From assembly GCA_028534125.1 (NCBI GenBank), contig CM052818.1, positions 9,922,001-9,986,000 on the forward strand: a stretch of 64,000 nt of DNA, in the 5' to 3' direction. Both the position numbers and the translations under genes were made by a program. Origin of the DNA: Lama glama. Lineage: Eukaryota. Shown piece by piece: positions 51,637 to 64,000 of the stretch. Each line of letters begins with the position of its first letter. Position 1 is the first letter of the stretch. The notes beneath the pieces were generated by a model. The model saw only the letters and a program-made list of their open reading frames with translations. It was not told where the DNA came from and did no database searches.

Positions 51637-52186
51637 TGTATTAGTCACCTATTGCTGTGTAACAAATTACCCCCAAACGTAATAGCTTAAAACAACCATA
51701 AATATTTACTATCTCCCACAGTAGGTCAGGAATCTGGGAAGCAGCTTAGCTGGGTGATCTGTCTCAGAGACTCTCATGTGGTCCAAGTCAAGAAGTTGGC
51801 TGAGACTGCAGTCATCTGGAGGCTTGACTGGGGCTGGAGGGTCCACTTCCAAGAGCTTTTCTCACAAGGCTGTGGGCAAAATCCTGAGTTCCTGGCTGGC
51901 TGTAGGTAGGAGGCCTCAGTTCCTCACCATGTGGATCTCTCTGTAGATCTGCCTGAATGTCTTCATCATGTGGCAACTGGTTTTCCCCAGAGCGAATAAT
52001 CCAAGAAAAATCAAAGAAGAGGCCACAGTGCCTTTCATGACCCAGCCTGGAAGGGCACACACTGCCACTTGGCTGTGTTCTCTTTGTTACAACACATCAC
52101 TAAGTCCAACTCACACTCATATTAGGCTCCACCTTTTGAAGAGAGAAGTGTCAAAGAAATTGTGGACATATTTAAAAATCATCACT
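51637..52186 (-). mobile_element. MLT1F-like MaLR LTR
   Basis: TGTATTAGT..CTATTGCTGTGTAACAAATTACCCC...GTCAAAGAAATTGTGGACATATTTAAAA. TSD ATGGC/ATGGT. Confidence 0.88.
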
Positions 52187-54739
52187 ATGGTGGTTCACTG
52201 GTATTTAATCCCTTCAAGAGGTTAAAGGGTTAACAAACATGTGCGAGAAGGACTTTATTTGAAGAAAGGTATAGATAAACTTGCTGGCCTGCCCAGAGGT
52301 GAAATCTATTGAGAGTCATAGAAATTCTTTATTTACTTTGAAATCAAAAGAAGGGCTCCAGACATGACTGCTTGTTAAACTGGATGAAATTAAAAATAGC
52401 TTAAACGTTTGGGAAGAGGGGGGGAGATGATTAGTTCTCAGGATATATTAAATGTCCTCACATAAGAAGGGAGTCAGCTATCGAGAAGGGCTGCTTTGGA
52501 AAACATATGCTGTGTCAAACTCCACCAGCAGATGCAGATTCTGCTGCTAAAGTTAGCTCCCTGAGAACAGAGCTGGGTGGGCTGCCATCACAGATGTCTC
52601 TGGAACCAGCACCCGAGACAAATAGAATTCTTACCACTGGAAAGCAAGGCCCCACACAAGAGCCTTCTCACCCTGGTGGAGGGGTTGAAGGGAGGTGTGA
52701 AGGCAGATTTATGACCCCAAATGCTGACTCTTCTGTGATTCTGGAGGATAACAGATGATTTTTAAGCCACGAGGTGTCCTGGTATTTTGCATTTCTAAAT
52801 TTGAGAATCCCTCATAAGGTGAATTCTTGTTACTTTAAGCAGAACCCATGCTATGTAAAATCCAAGGCTGGATTGGAAAGGTTTTGAAACGAGTATTTTG
52901 AGATTTATAGTCTGAAATGTTGGAAGCAGAGGAGCTAAGTATTCCAAATGCCTAAAACACTAAAAGAGGAGTTAGAAAATGACAATAATGAGAAATGATT
53001 TAAATTGTTTCATTAGTGCAGGAACCAAATGCCTCTCTCAAACAAGAAGGGGACCCTGTTTCATGGCAGATGACAGACAGATGATATCACGTGTTGAGCT
53101 TCTAGTAGGTAACACAGCAGAATTTTTCCTAGTTTCACAGGATTGAGCCCACAGGGATGCCTCACAAAAGAAGGATTCTCTGATAAATAAAGCTGGGGAA
53201 TGATGCACACACAGTTCCCCTCTTGGAGAGTCATGGGCACATCAGCATTTTAGTGGCTCTGAGAAGCCCTTAAATGAAGGAATCTGTTTAATTTTGTTTA
53301 GCTCCTTAGTTCTCAAACATATAACCATTGACTTTTTTTCACCTCTAAATTACATTAATTTTCAGCTATTTCTATCCCTTTAGAATGTATGTTTCACAAG
53401 GGAGGTCTTTGTTTTGTTCACGATTCTAGCCCCAGAATTGGGCTTGGAACTGTTCACACAAGCACCATGAAGTAATGGAGCTTACGCTTTAGGACAGCCC
53501 TTCTGAGTCCCTGTATCTAATTCTATGTTCACCGTTTTGTGTTCTTTCCCTTAAAGAGGACCTCTAAGATCATTATAAACTTCAGGTCCCACAAAACCTG
53601 GATTTACCCTTGCCTAGAATACATGAGGTACTCAACAAAAATTTTTTGAATAAATGAACAAACAAACAGGTATTAGTGTTCCTTGGAATACACATTGGGA
53701 AATACCATTGTAGAGACAGGAGATGCCAGGCAGGAGGGCCCAATCATTAATGTTCACATTAGATTGAGGAGGTAGGTGAGGAGAATAAAATCTCTCCTCG
53801 GAAAGAAAATGACTGCAGAATAGTGGAGCTGGAAATAAAGTCCAACTGATTTATGATTGACAACTGGGGCTCACCAGTGTCTTGTGCTCTCATGGGTTAG
53901 GATTTAACCGATGTAATGTTGGAGAATTTCACCATGAGGGCTCAGAGGGCAGACGAAAATCACAATACAAGCGTTAATCATCTCACTCAGCCACAGACTT
54001 TCCTGAGGAGAATCCTGGTGTTCCCAGACAGAGACCCTCAGCAGCTCCCTGGGCTGGCCACTGCCCTGTCAGCCTGGAATGGGTTCCCTCTTAGCTGCGG
54101 CAAATTGGATTCTGACAGTGCTGGATCATGAAGAGAGTTCCACACAACTCAGGGATTGTCCCATCTGACTCTTCCCACCAGTTTTTCCCCTTCCAGTTCT
54201 TAACTCAGGTTTGATCCTTAAGCAAGGAGGTAGAGTTTTAATAGTCCCATTAGACCTCAGATGCCCAGATGAACATTGTCTTTTAAAGACAGTACTTTGG
54301 GGAGCAGCACATGGGCTCCAATACAGCTGTTACTAATAAAAATGTTTGTGGCCCTCTTTTGGAATTGCCTTTTGTGTCAATTAAGAGGTGCACGAGACAA
54401 AACCATCTCCTTGGCCATATGTTGTTTTTGACCAAAAATGGTTTCACTCAGCTTCTCCTGAAAAATGTCCCAGCATATTCAGCTGGATTGATTTTAGAAT
54501 CATGTTAGGATTTTTATTCAAATTCACACAAATCTGCTGTCAAAAGACAAAAACTTGCCAGTATTGAGACTGTTCCAAAATATATGCCATGTGATATGAA
54601 AGCAACTCCCTAAGAGGAGACCAAAACCACAGTGAGCCTGGACAGCATCTCCACAGAGCTTGCAAGCTTCTAGGAGAGCTGCCTTTAAGGGGATAGCCTT
54701 TGCTGTCATTTGTCATTCAAGTTCTGATAAGAGTTTTCA

Positions 54740-54920
54740 TTCGTCTGAATCCTGACTGTTCATCAAAATCACCCAGGGAGCTCTGTAAACCCTCCACGCT
54801 CAGACCCACTTCCCAGAGGTTCAGATTCAACGGGTATGGGGCAGAGCCCAGGTATCAATTTTCTAGTTGCGTGTGCGCACGTGTGTACGATTTGAACGTT
54901 CAGCCAGGATTAACCTCTAT
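54740..54920. mobile_element. MER5-family MITE
   Basis: CATCAAAATCACCCAGGGAGCT...CCCAGAGGTTCAGATTCAA..GGGGCAGAGCCCAGG. Confidence 0.7.
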
Positions 54921-55299
54921 GTTAAAGAAACAATCTTATTAACTATGGTCACAGTTGTTCCTGTTTTAATTTTTCTATTGAGATAGAAATCTGTTGCGAC
55001 TCGTCCAAGAGGCACCACTGAGGATTAATCAAACACAGATGGGGGAAAAGTTTTGTGGGCACTGTCGTTAGCAAACCTGGCACTGTGTGCCACGATCACT
55101 AGGGGGCAGACTAACACATTAATAAGTGCGCAAAGAAAGTAGTTTTCAAGAGGAAAAACAATCCCAGGAAATAAAAAGAGAAGTGGTAGGAGGTTTTGTT
55201 TGTGATCCTCATTTTACTAAGTCTCTCAAATACCACGATTTCTTCAAAGGTACCGCCACGGAACCGTCAGCACAAACACTAGAAGAGGGGAAAGGTGCT

Positions 55300-55540
55300 G
55301 ATGTATTTTGAGCACTGTTGGGTGTCACGCATGGTGTTGAGTGCATTGCATCCATCATCTCATTTAATCCTTTATGACCCTATGGAACCATTATCACTGC
55401 CTTTTTATAGGTAAGGAAACCTTTTACACATGACTGAGGCCGGAGGCAAAGTCACTTACTCAGTGTGACACAATGAGTAAGTATTAACAGTAGATCAGAG
55501 TTTAAAATTCAGGTCTTTCTGATTCCTAAGTCCATGCTCT
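55300..55540 (-). mobile_element. MIR SINE
   Basis: TCATCTCATTTAATCCT...TTTTATAGGTAAGGAAAC...TTCAGGTCTTTCTGATTCC. Confidence 0.75.
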
Positions 55541-56849
55541 TTCTTTATGCACACAATCTTTCTAGAGAAGGATGATGTTTTAGTGTGTGAATTTTCGCTT
55601 TTGTTTTTGTCATCACAGATCAGATGGATTAAGTTTGGTGCTATTTTTGTCATTTGCTGAAGAATGAATGCATGCATACATGAAAGTCTTGAGATCTAAA
55701 TTACATTCTTGGATCTGAAACATTAGCCATAGAATCTTGTCTAAGTCCTGTCTCCTCTTTGGGCCACATCGTCCTTAACAGTAAGTTGGAAATGATGGTT
55801 CTACATGATACAAAGATTCCTTCTGGATCCAATACTTCTAGGACTCAGCTTTTACCCGCTCACTGGATAGATGAATGTGAGGAGAGACCCTGGGGTTCAG
55901 TTGGGGTGTCAGAGATCTACAGAGGGAAATGGCAGGGGAGACCCTCAGAACCTGAAGTGGCTATAAAAGAGCCCAAGAAGGAGAAACATTACTGCTGATG
56001 GCGAGGAGGCCTGAATGTGGGAAGAGGAAATGACATGAAAGAAACTGGAGAAACATGTAACTTTAAATGAATCTTTGTTGCTTCATCTTTTAAAGTAAAA
56101 AAGAGATGGTCTGACTCTAGAGGGTGAATTAGTTAAATGAATTAAATATAATTACAGAATTTCACCATGATCTGAGAAAGAGGTGATTTGTTTAATTCTT
56201 TGTTTTATGTATCATGGAAGGGGGGTGGTAAATTTCTCCCATCCTTGGCTTTCCTGACTGCAATCACAGGGCCAAACCATCCACATGGGACTGTCAATGA
56301 AGGCAGAGTTGGAGGGAGGGACAGAGAGGGCTTTGCTTATTGTACTGGCTTAAAATAGCTATTCAGGTAAGTTTTGTATACAATCCTCAGTCTCCAGCTG
56401 TGTGCAACACATACTGTGCAATCATCACTCTCAAAGAGTATGTGTAAACACATGCTGATCACTAATGATACTTTTGAAAGATTAATTTTAGTTCTTAGGG
56501 ACTTTCCTGATTTGTCTCCAGACACACCAAAAATAACTTCACTTACTGTCCAGTTTATGACCATAATCACAAAAGCACGTGGAGCATGGCTTCACATCAT
56601 TTAGGGAGGAACCTCCCAGGGAGATCCCCCCAAACCCAAGTAGAATATAATCAAGAAGACATATTGGTCATTACTCACCTGTGGATGAGGAGCTTAATAA
56701 TTCAAGACCAGCTTCTGAATTCAGCCTTGTTTCTGCCACAACCACTGCTGGGAAATCATGAATAGGAAGAAAAATCAGTATCAGTCCTTTCCTTGCAGCT
56801 CTGTGTCAGGGCCAGAAGAGTCCAGAGAGTTAGGGTCCCTCCCAGGAGC

Positions 56850-57287
56850 TGTCAACGTGGCTGGGTCAGATATTCTATTCCTTCCTCCAGATCTCTGCCT
56901 TCATCTGTGTCCTGGGAGGCTGTCCTTCACAGACTGATGACCCCAGCTCCTTTGTGCTGTGGGTTGGCCAAGAGGAGGCACCAGCAGGAGGTCAGAGGGC
57001 AGGAGAGAGAGCTTTGATTCTGGCAGGGGTTGTGCCTCTCTGTGAGGACAGGTCCTGCTGGGCAGCACCCTCCTCGTGCGGTGACTCCAGCTCTCACTGG
57101 CTTCTAGTAATAGGATTCCTCAAGCTGATGGTTGGAAACTGCTGCCCTCTCTTGCTGCTCCTGGGGCCTCTATACCTCTTAGGGTTCATTTAATCCCGAC
57201 TATGCCTCTGTAAAGAGCCCCTTCATTAAACTCCTTAGTCAAATCCTTCCAAGTGGGTTCTGATTCCTGCCAGGCCTTGCCTGATAG
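56850..57287 (+). mobile_element. LTR33-like ERVL LTR
   Basis: GGAGGCACCAGCAGGAGGTCAGAGGGCAGGAGA, GTAAAGAGCCCCTTCATTAAACTC, ends TTCCTGCCAGG..CCTGATA. Confidence 0.75.
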
Positions 57288-57679
57288 CCCAGTCTTTGCC
57301 CCTCTACCACAGCTGTCTCTCCTCCAGGTCTGAACCCTCATCAGCTGAAGCTGCTGCCGGCTGCTGGTCCACTCTGGGGAGCACCTACACTCCTCTGGGA
57401 CCTGTCTCCTCTGCCCTGCCACACACTTCAATCTGTCTCTTCTCCTCCCAACTCTCTCCGTTCCAGGCTATCACTCCGTTTACTGGCCTTCCGTTCTGAA
57501 GTTTCTGTCCTGGTTCCTGACTTGGTTATAACTCCTTACAGTGGATCAAAGACGTCTATAAGGCTTCTGCTATGTGCCTGAGATTATACTAAATGCATTC
57601 ATACATGTTATCTCAATTAATCCTCATAATTATCTGATGGGATCAGTATTATACTAAGAAATGAAAAAACAAGCTTCTG

Positions 57680-58165
57680 CCTTACCAGAAAAATTCCCTC
57701 CTTTTCTGCTAATAGCACCCGCGTTTCCTCTGGGACACTACTCTTCTCCCACTCTCAGTCCTTGTAATTCAACTGAGGCCAACTCCACCCAGCTCCCTGG
57801 TCAGTTAGAAACATCATGACTGGCTCAGAGATATACAAATCACATACCAATGTTGGGCCAATGATAGTTAACTCTGGGTCTTTGATGGGACCATCAGAAA
57901 AGGAGCTTTTCTTCTTCTGGAGTTGCTAAGCAGAGAGACTTGCTTCTGCTGGTGGACTTGCTGCCACCTGATAATAGAATCTACCTGGGAGTGATGCCAA
58001 CCCCAGAAGGAAGCAGGGTTAAAGACTGAGACGCAGCCACGTGGTGGCATGAAGTCATACCTTAAACTTCTGGGTTGAGATAGAGGCAGCAAATTCCCTT
58101 TGCAATTTAAGCTAATTTGAATTGGGTTTCTGTCACGTGAAACCAGAAGACTGTTGAATGATACA
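57680..58165 (+). mobile_element. MLT1K-like MaLR LTR inserted in an antisense MIR (~57565-57680 and ~58165-58235)
   Basis: AAATTCCCTTTG..TTTAAGCTAATTTGAATTGGGTTTCTGTCAC..AACC..AAGA..TGAATGATACA end. MIR motifs on both flanks. Confidence 0.7.
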
Positions 58166-58464
58166 GAGATTAAGTAACTTGTTTAATGTCACGTATCTGG
58201 TAACTGGTGGAACTGGGCTTGGTTTGCCAAGGAGTCCGAGTCTCTCAAGGCTCCTGAGGGTACTAATAGCTATAAAAGCTGCACACATGTTCAGCATTCC
58301 TCCCTGGTGTTTTGCATTAGAGCTTGAAGTAGGATTCATCAAATGAATCATTTCTTGCCTGGGTGTGATCTTGCTTCCAAGTTGCAATGTAATCATTATG
58401 CCCATTTTTAGTGACTTTCTGGTAGAAATCTTCATGGTCTTCCTCAAAGGAACTTGAGCTCTAT

Positions 58465-58945
58465 GGCTAGTTGTTTCTTAATATCCATCTTCCTTCTTCT
58501 TTAGTGACAGAATCTTGCACATTTAACTGTTTGCATGGTTATCTTGCACATTTAACTGTTGCACATTTAATACAAGACCGTATTTTTGATGGAGCCGTCT
58601 TTCTTGATGTTGATTAAATTCTAACCAATGGGATGCAATCATAAGAGGTATGTGAAACTCCCAGGCAGTATCCTTAAAGGGAAAAGTATGTATGTCCTCC
58701 AGCTATTTCTCCTTTATGTTGGCTGGAACATAGATAATTGCTAGACTCAAGCAGCCATCTTAGACCATGGAGTACAAGACATGTGTTAAGGATGATAGAG
58801 CAACAAAATAGGAGCTTGGGTCCCTGATGATCTTTAAGTTTCCATGTAAACCCCAAACTGCCTATATTGTATTGAGACAAGTGCCTCCTTTCATTAATGC
58901 CACTGTTTTTGTATTGCTACTACGGTTGTCATCACTAGCAGCTGA
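58465..58945 (+). mobile_element. MLT1J-like MaLR LTR
   Basis: GCAGCCATCTTAGACCATG, GGAGCTTGGGTCCCTGATGA, ends GCAGCTGAACCTAATCCTAACTAATACA. Confidence 0.8.
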
Positions 58946-60502
58946 ACCTAATCCTAACTAATACAGGTCCTTTCTATAAATCATGTCAAGGGGAAGGGCA
59001 AGAATCTTCCACAGATTTGGTGACAGATCAGCAGATGGGTCCTGAACAGTCTGAGGGCTTATGAATATCAGAGTGACTGGCCTCAGAGGTGGGTTTATGT
59101 GATGCTAAAGATTTGTAGGGACCGATCCCACAGGACCTGGGGGGATTTTGTGTTTATAATTTGTATTCTTTTTCTTCAGTGTTACAAACTTCAGACTCCA
59201 CAAAAACCTGGATCCAGTGATGGCACTGCTGTTTTTTGTCTTGACTTATAAGGGTGTAATTCAGGGAAACCTCAGGACATCTCAGGAAGGAGGGTCTGAC
59301 CTTGTGCCTAAAAACATCCTGTTCCCTCTGTCTGACTCCTATCCACCCTAAGGATCTCCCCCAAATCTTGTCTCCTTCAGGAAGCCTTCCCTGAATGTCA
59401 AGAACAAGCTTGTGTCTTTCTCCTCCACTAGTGGTCCTCAGGATTCACTTCATTTCCTGTTCTCAGCTGGATATTGTAGAAGGTGCACTGGACTTGGAAT
59501 CACTAGGCCTGGCTTGACTTCTAAAGAGACACAACACTTTGACTAAGTAACTTAGCCTCTCTGGGCTTCAGATGTTTTTTATCTACAATGAGAGAATGAT
59601 AGCACTTGCTTTAACTAGTTAGCCGGAGGAGGAAATTAGATAAAATACGTGCAACTATTTGCTTGATGATGAAGTGTGATAAAATTAAGCATATTATGAT
59701 TACTAATATCACAGCCCTAATTCCAAGGCTGGTCCTTCCCTTAGCTTTAATGTCATCAGATGGGGCCCACAGATACTCAGTCACCTCCTACTGTATATTG
59801 TTCTCTAATTTTTTTGTGTCACATTTTATTTTTACAAGTAGACTGGCATGTCCCAGGAGGCCAGGACCATGTTTTATAACCTCTGAGCACCTAGAACAGG
59901 GCTGGGCATACAGAAAGTATTTTAGGTACAAAAAGAGGCATAGAGGGAGTCAGAGTTGCTATCCAACAAAAAATAACTTGTTGGTAAATGTACTATTGCC
60001 TTGGGTCTAGCTCTTTGCTATATTTTTTTCAGGAGCTGATTGGACTTGGTGAGGCAAACTCACATCAAACAAGCTCACAGGAGACTGATGTATAGCAGCC
60101 AGGTGTCAGCTTATTAGTTTAAAGTGGGGAAGTGCTGCCTGCCTAGCCCCTTCCTGGTACCTGCATGCCAGGGAGGACAGATTTTTATTGAGAAGGTTGC
60201 TTGGTTAACCTGGAATCATGCTGTGGAGAAGTAGCCTGTTTTGAGGAGTATTCAATCTTGCCTGTTGTGTGGCTTCATGAGTCATGTCTGACCAACAACA
60301 GAGTCCACTTCTCCTGGGAACAGAAAGTTCATTTCCCCTGGACATAGTGCCTCTCCTGCTTGAACCTCAGTGAGTAAACAGGGTCAACTTCCCACTCCAC
60401 AGACTTCCCTTTTTAAACATAGACATGCTTTCTCTTAACAGTGAACAATATAATTGATTCTTCTGCTTATTAAGTTACAATCATATTAATTTTGCTTCCC
60501 CA

Positions 60503-61458
60503 GAATCTTAGCTCAGGCTGCTACAACAGAACTCCATAGACTGGATATTTATCCAAAGAACAAGAGAAGACTAATTTGAGTGTATGTCTATGTATATATG
60601 TACGTGTGTGTGTGTGTATCTCCCTATATTCATTGCAGCATTACTTACAATAGGCAGGATATGTAAACAATTTAAATGTGTCTATTATTGGATAAATGGA
60701 TAAAGAAGATGTGGTATATATACTCAGTGGAATACTACTCAGCTATTAAAAAAGAATGAAATCCAAAATCCTGCCATTTGTGATGACATGGATGGACCTT
60801 GAAGACATTACAAAGTGAAGAAAGTCAGACAGAGAAAGACAATAATGTGTGATTTCACTCATATGAATCTAAAAACAAACCAAAAAACCCAACAGAAGCA
60901 AAGAAACAAAATAAAACCAAAACAAACTCATAGATACAGAGATCAGATTAGTAGTTACCAGAGGGGAAGGGGGTTGGGGGAGGGTGAAACAGGTGAAGGG
61001 GGTCAACTGTACAGTGAGGAATGGAAACTAGACACGTGGATCACTCTGTAATGTGTATAAATGTCAAATTATAATGCTGTACACCTGGAACTTACATAAT
61101 TTTAAAAAATGCCCTAGACTGAGTGGCTTAACTGAAACTGATTTCTCACAGTTCTAGAGACTAGGGAGTCCAAGATCAAGGGGCCAGTTGGGTTCCTGGT
61201 GAGAACTCTTTTCCAGGCTTGTAGACAGACTTCTTGCTGTAACCTCATAGTGGGGAGAGAGACTGAGAGAGGAGACAGCTCTGGGGTCTCTCTCTCTTCT
61301 AATCCTATCATGGAGGCTCTACCCTCAGGAACCCTCTAGATTAAGTACATCTCAAGGGCCCTAATACCCTCCCACCCACCTCATTAGACCATCACATTGG
61401 GAAGCTGGGGCTTCAATATATGAATTTGGTATGGGACACAAGTCTGCAGCCGATAGCA
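60503..61458 (-). mobile_element. MLT1A0-like MaLR LTR split by an L1 insertion
   Basis: TCTTAGCTCAGGCTGCTACAACA | GTGGCTTAA..TTTCTCACAGTTCT..AGTCCAAGATCAAGG...CTTCAATATATGAATTT..GGGACACAA. Confidence 0.85.
60544..61105 (+). mobile_element. 5'-truncated L1 3' end (L1MA-like)
   Basis: GATAAATGGATAAAGAAGATGTGGTATAT..GGAATACTACTCAGC; GCCATTTGTGATGACATGGATGGACCT. Degenerate TSD ending in (A/C)TAGACTG on both sides. Confidence 0.9.
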
Positions 61459-63574
61459 CTAAGATTATACTCTACTTCATCATCTCAGGTAGTGCTTGTC
61501 TGTGTGTCTGTCTGTCTGTCTATCTATCTATCTGTCAGCTGTGACTTGAAATTCCTAGTATTTTCAGTTTCCTCATTATGCTGAAAGTATGGCTTATGTG
61601 TGCTTTATTTGCTCTCCTTGTGGGTGTTTGTGGCTTTGGGGGGATGCGAGGGAAGATTCTGATTTAGGGGCCGCCATTATCAATTGGGCTTCAAGACTCC
61701 CAAACTTCTCAATCTCTTGGACTTCTCCCATAAACGAGTAACCATATCCGATATGCGCAACTTAAAACAGAAAGTTTAACTAGTTTAACTCGTGCAGAGA
61801 AACCTGATTTTAAGTTTTTGAGGACATGTCACGGCTGTCCCACATTCAGGGATTCTGGGACTATCTGTATGTTGAATAATGTTTGTGGTGTTGATCCTTG
61901 GACCCTATCCTCTGTCTTTCAGCCTTACCAGTAGGGACCGACTTGTTGATTTTTATTGCCACCTGTTTTCAGCACACCTGAAATGGATCATCTGAAAATT
62001 CACTGAGCCTTGAGCCATAATCCAGTGCAGTTAAAAGGCACTTTCTCTCCTGCTGAGAAATTAACACCTTCTTCTTTGTCCCAACTTTCTGGGATCATTT
62101 CCAATATGTCCTGGCTGGGAGTTAATTAAATCTGTGTTGACACATACTCAATTTCAAGTGGCTTTGCACATACAGGAAACCTGTTGAGATTTTCCCCTTT
62201 GGGGTCTGAAACCACTGATCCATCCTTTTATCCCAGTTTTCAGGGTAAGTTTTCCACTCACCAGGAAAGGATAGAATTTAAAGTGAGAAATTTACGGGAT
62301 TCACCACCCTAAGAAAATCACGGTCTCCCACTTTCCTATAAAGCTTTCTAAATTTCAAGACCTGCCTTCTGCATAAAACTTCGTATTTTCTATTAAAACA
62401 ACTGGATTTATGATTACATGAAGCTCTCAGAGGCAGGGCAGAAGCAAATAAGTAAGGCTAGAATCCTCAACTCCACAGCACCACAGCAGCTGTTTCAAGA
62501 ACACAGTACTCAAACCAGAGTCAGAAGATCTAAATGTAGGTCAAGTAATTTAAAATTCTGATTGGATATTGCATATGCACAGCCAGAAGCTGGGATTTTT
62601 TTTTTTTCCCCATCAAGAGTTAGAAATTTGGGTGGGTTACAAAAAAAGTTATTAGCAGCAACATCTAGAATCTTTGGTTCACCCCAAGAGGCCCATGTCA
62701 GCCTCATCTGATGCCATGGGCTTGTTTTAGTGTCTAGAGTGCCACTGGTGCACAGCGTGAGCACTCCTCCATACTGAGCTGTGGCCAAGGTGCTAAAATG
62801 CAGGTGTGTCTTGTTTAGTCTGCCCAATATTCTCTCCCTCTTTTTAAAAATGAGCCAACTTAAAAAAATTAGAACAGGATTTTGTGTTTTTCTTGAAACT
62901 CTGGTGCTCTAGCAACACCAACATCCCTACTTGGTAACAACGGGGTGTCGATGAATGGTGCTGCCCCCTTAGGATGGGGTATGTATGTCCAGTTTACCAG
63001 TTCCCATACAGCTTACTTCATTCGTTTACATTTCCGGTTAGATGTACGATGTGCCACTCCCCATCCAGCAATGTCCTACACCAAAGGCTCAGTAAATGGC
63101 CTTGAAATGTGTCTGAAATGTGTGCCTGTGTGTGCGCATGTGTACGCATGTTGCATGCATGTGTGTGTGCCCATGCACAACTGAGTGTGGGAAGGAGCAG
63201 GAGTAGGGAGTGTATGAAGGGTGGGCATTAACAGAGACAAGAGGAAAAGTGTCTTGGGGGAGGGTATATAATGCATGCCAAGAAATACAGGGCTTTGTCA
63301 TCAGATGACAATGGTTCATTTAGAAATATTTCCCTCACTTCCCAAGGACAAGGAGCAGGGTTGGTTAGTGGATTGCATTCTTGCCCCCAAGGCCCAGGAA
63401 TCTGCAGCGACAGCTCTGAGTAATGAAGGCTGGGGTGAGCGGCCTCATTTAGTGAAACACTGGATACCCACCAACCCTTCTCTGACATCCATTTTCTTTA
63501 AGTCTGTCCCTGTTTCTAACTCAGAATACTCTCGGCATGTCACATGGCATGGATGGGAACGTGAAAGGCGATGT

Positions 63575-63808
63575 AACAGAGAGAGTGGTAAAGAATATTG
63601 GACCTGAAGTCAAACAGGCGTGGGTTCAAGTCTGCGTCACACTCCCCTCCCCAAGCTTAGCTGTGTGACCATAGGAAAGCTGTTTAATCTCTCCTAGCTT
63701 TGGTTTCTTTGCTGAAAGTGAGGATAATCATGGTCTACACCTTAGAGTTTAGAGGAGTAAACAGCGCCTGGCATTTGTAAGTGCTCTGTACATGTTCCCT
63801 ATTATTAT
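63575..63808 (+). mobile_element. MIR SINE
   Basis: GGGTTCAAGTCTG..TAGCTGTGTGACC...GCGCCTGGCAT..GTAAGTGCTC. Confidence 0.8.
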
Positions 63809-64000
63809 CCCAAAGTTCAAAGCTAAGCAAATTTCCCAATTTGTAACTTTCCTGAAGATGGTTTTTAACACTGTGTTCTGCACAATCAGAAGACCATTGG
63901 CTTAGCTGTTTCAGATGAAGTGCAGTACTCAGTTCCCCAATACTACAATTATTTTCCATATTTTGGGACATGGCTATGCAGTGGTGACCCACGGGGAGGC

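Noticed and set aside
56270..56372. Isolated strong plus-strand donor CAG|GTAAGT with an upstream AG
   Set aside because: Single site with no partner exons or frame support; expected by chance.
58512..58570. Repeated ATCTTGCACATTTAACTGTT units (also 9-bp x3 at ~46460 and 12-bp x2 at ~633)
   Set aside because: Local slippage duplications inside old repeats. No spacer structure, so not CRISPR-like.

Overview
Mammalian, repeat-rich, apparently non-coding (intergenic or intronic) DNA. It is most likely camelid (camel/alpaca/llama), because two tRNA-Ala-derived SINEs match the camelid vic-1 type. I recognise no intact protein-coding gene; most ORF-track entries are chance ORFs or decayed transposon frames. 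A large part of the window is interspersed repeat: L1, HAL1, L2, MIR, MaLR/ERVL/ERV LTRs and hAT DNA transposons, with several clean nested insertions and target-site duplications (TSDs). Repeat family names come from my recall of consensus sequences, not a database search, and boundaries without TSDs are approximate. The most interesting observations are: (1) an apolipoprotein A-IV-like coding fragment inside an MLT2-type LTR; (2) a strand-specific cluster of GTAAGT splice donors at 4.2-5.6 kb that can be spliced into an open frame, including a candidate 6-nt microexon; (3) a SINE with a probable read-through 3' tail inside its TSDs; (4) several repeat-free, motif-dense candidate enhancers. 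I find no evidence for a multi-gene novel system.
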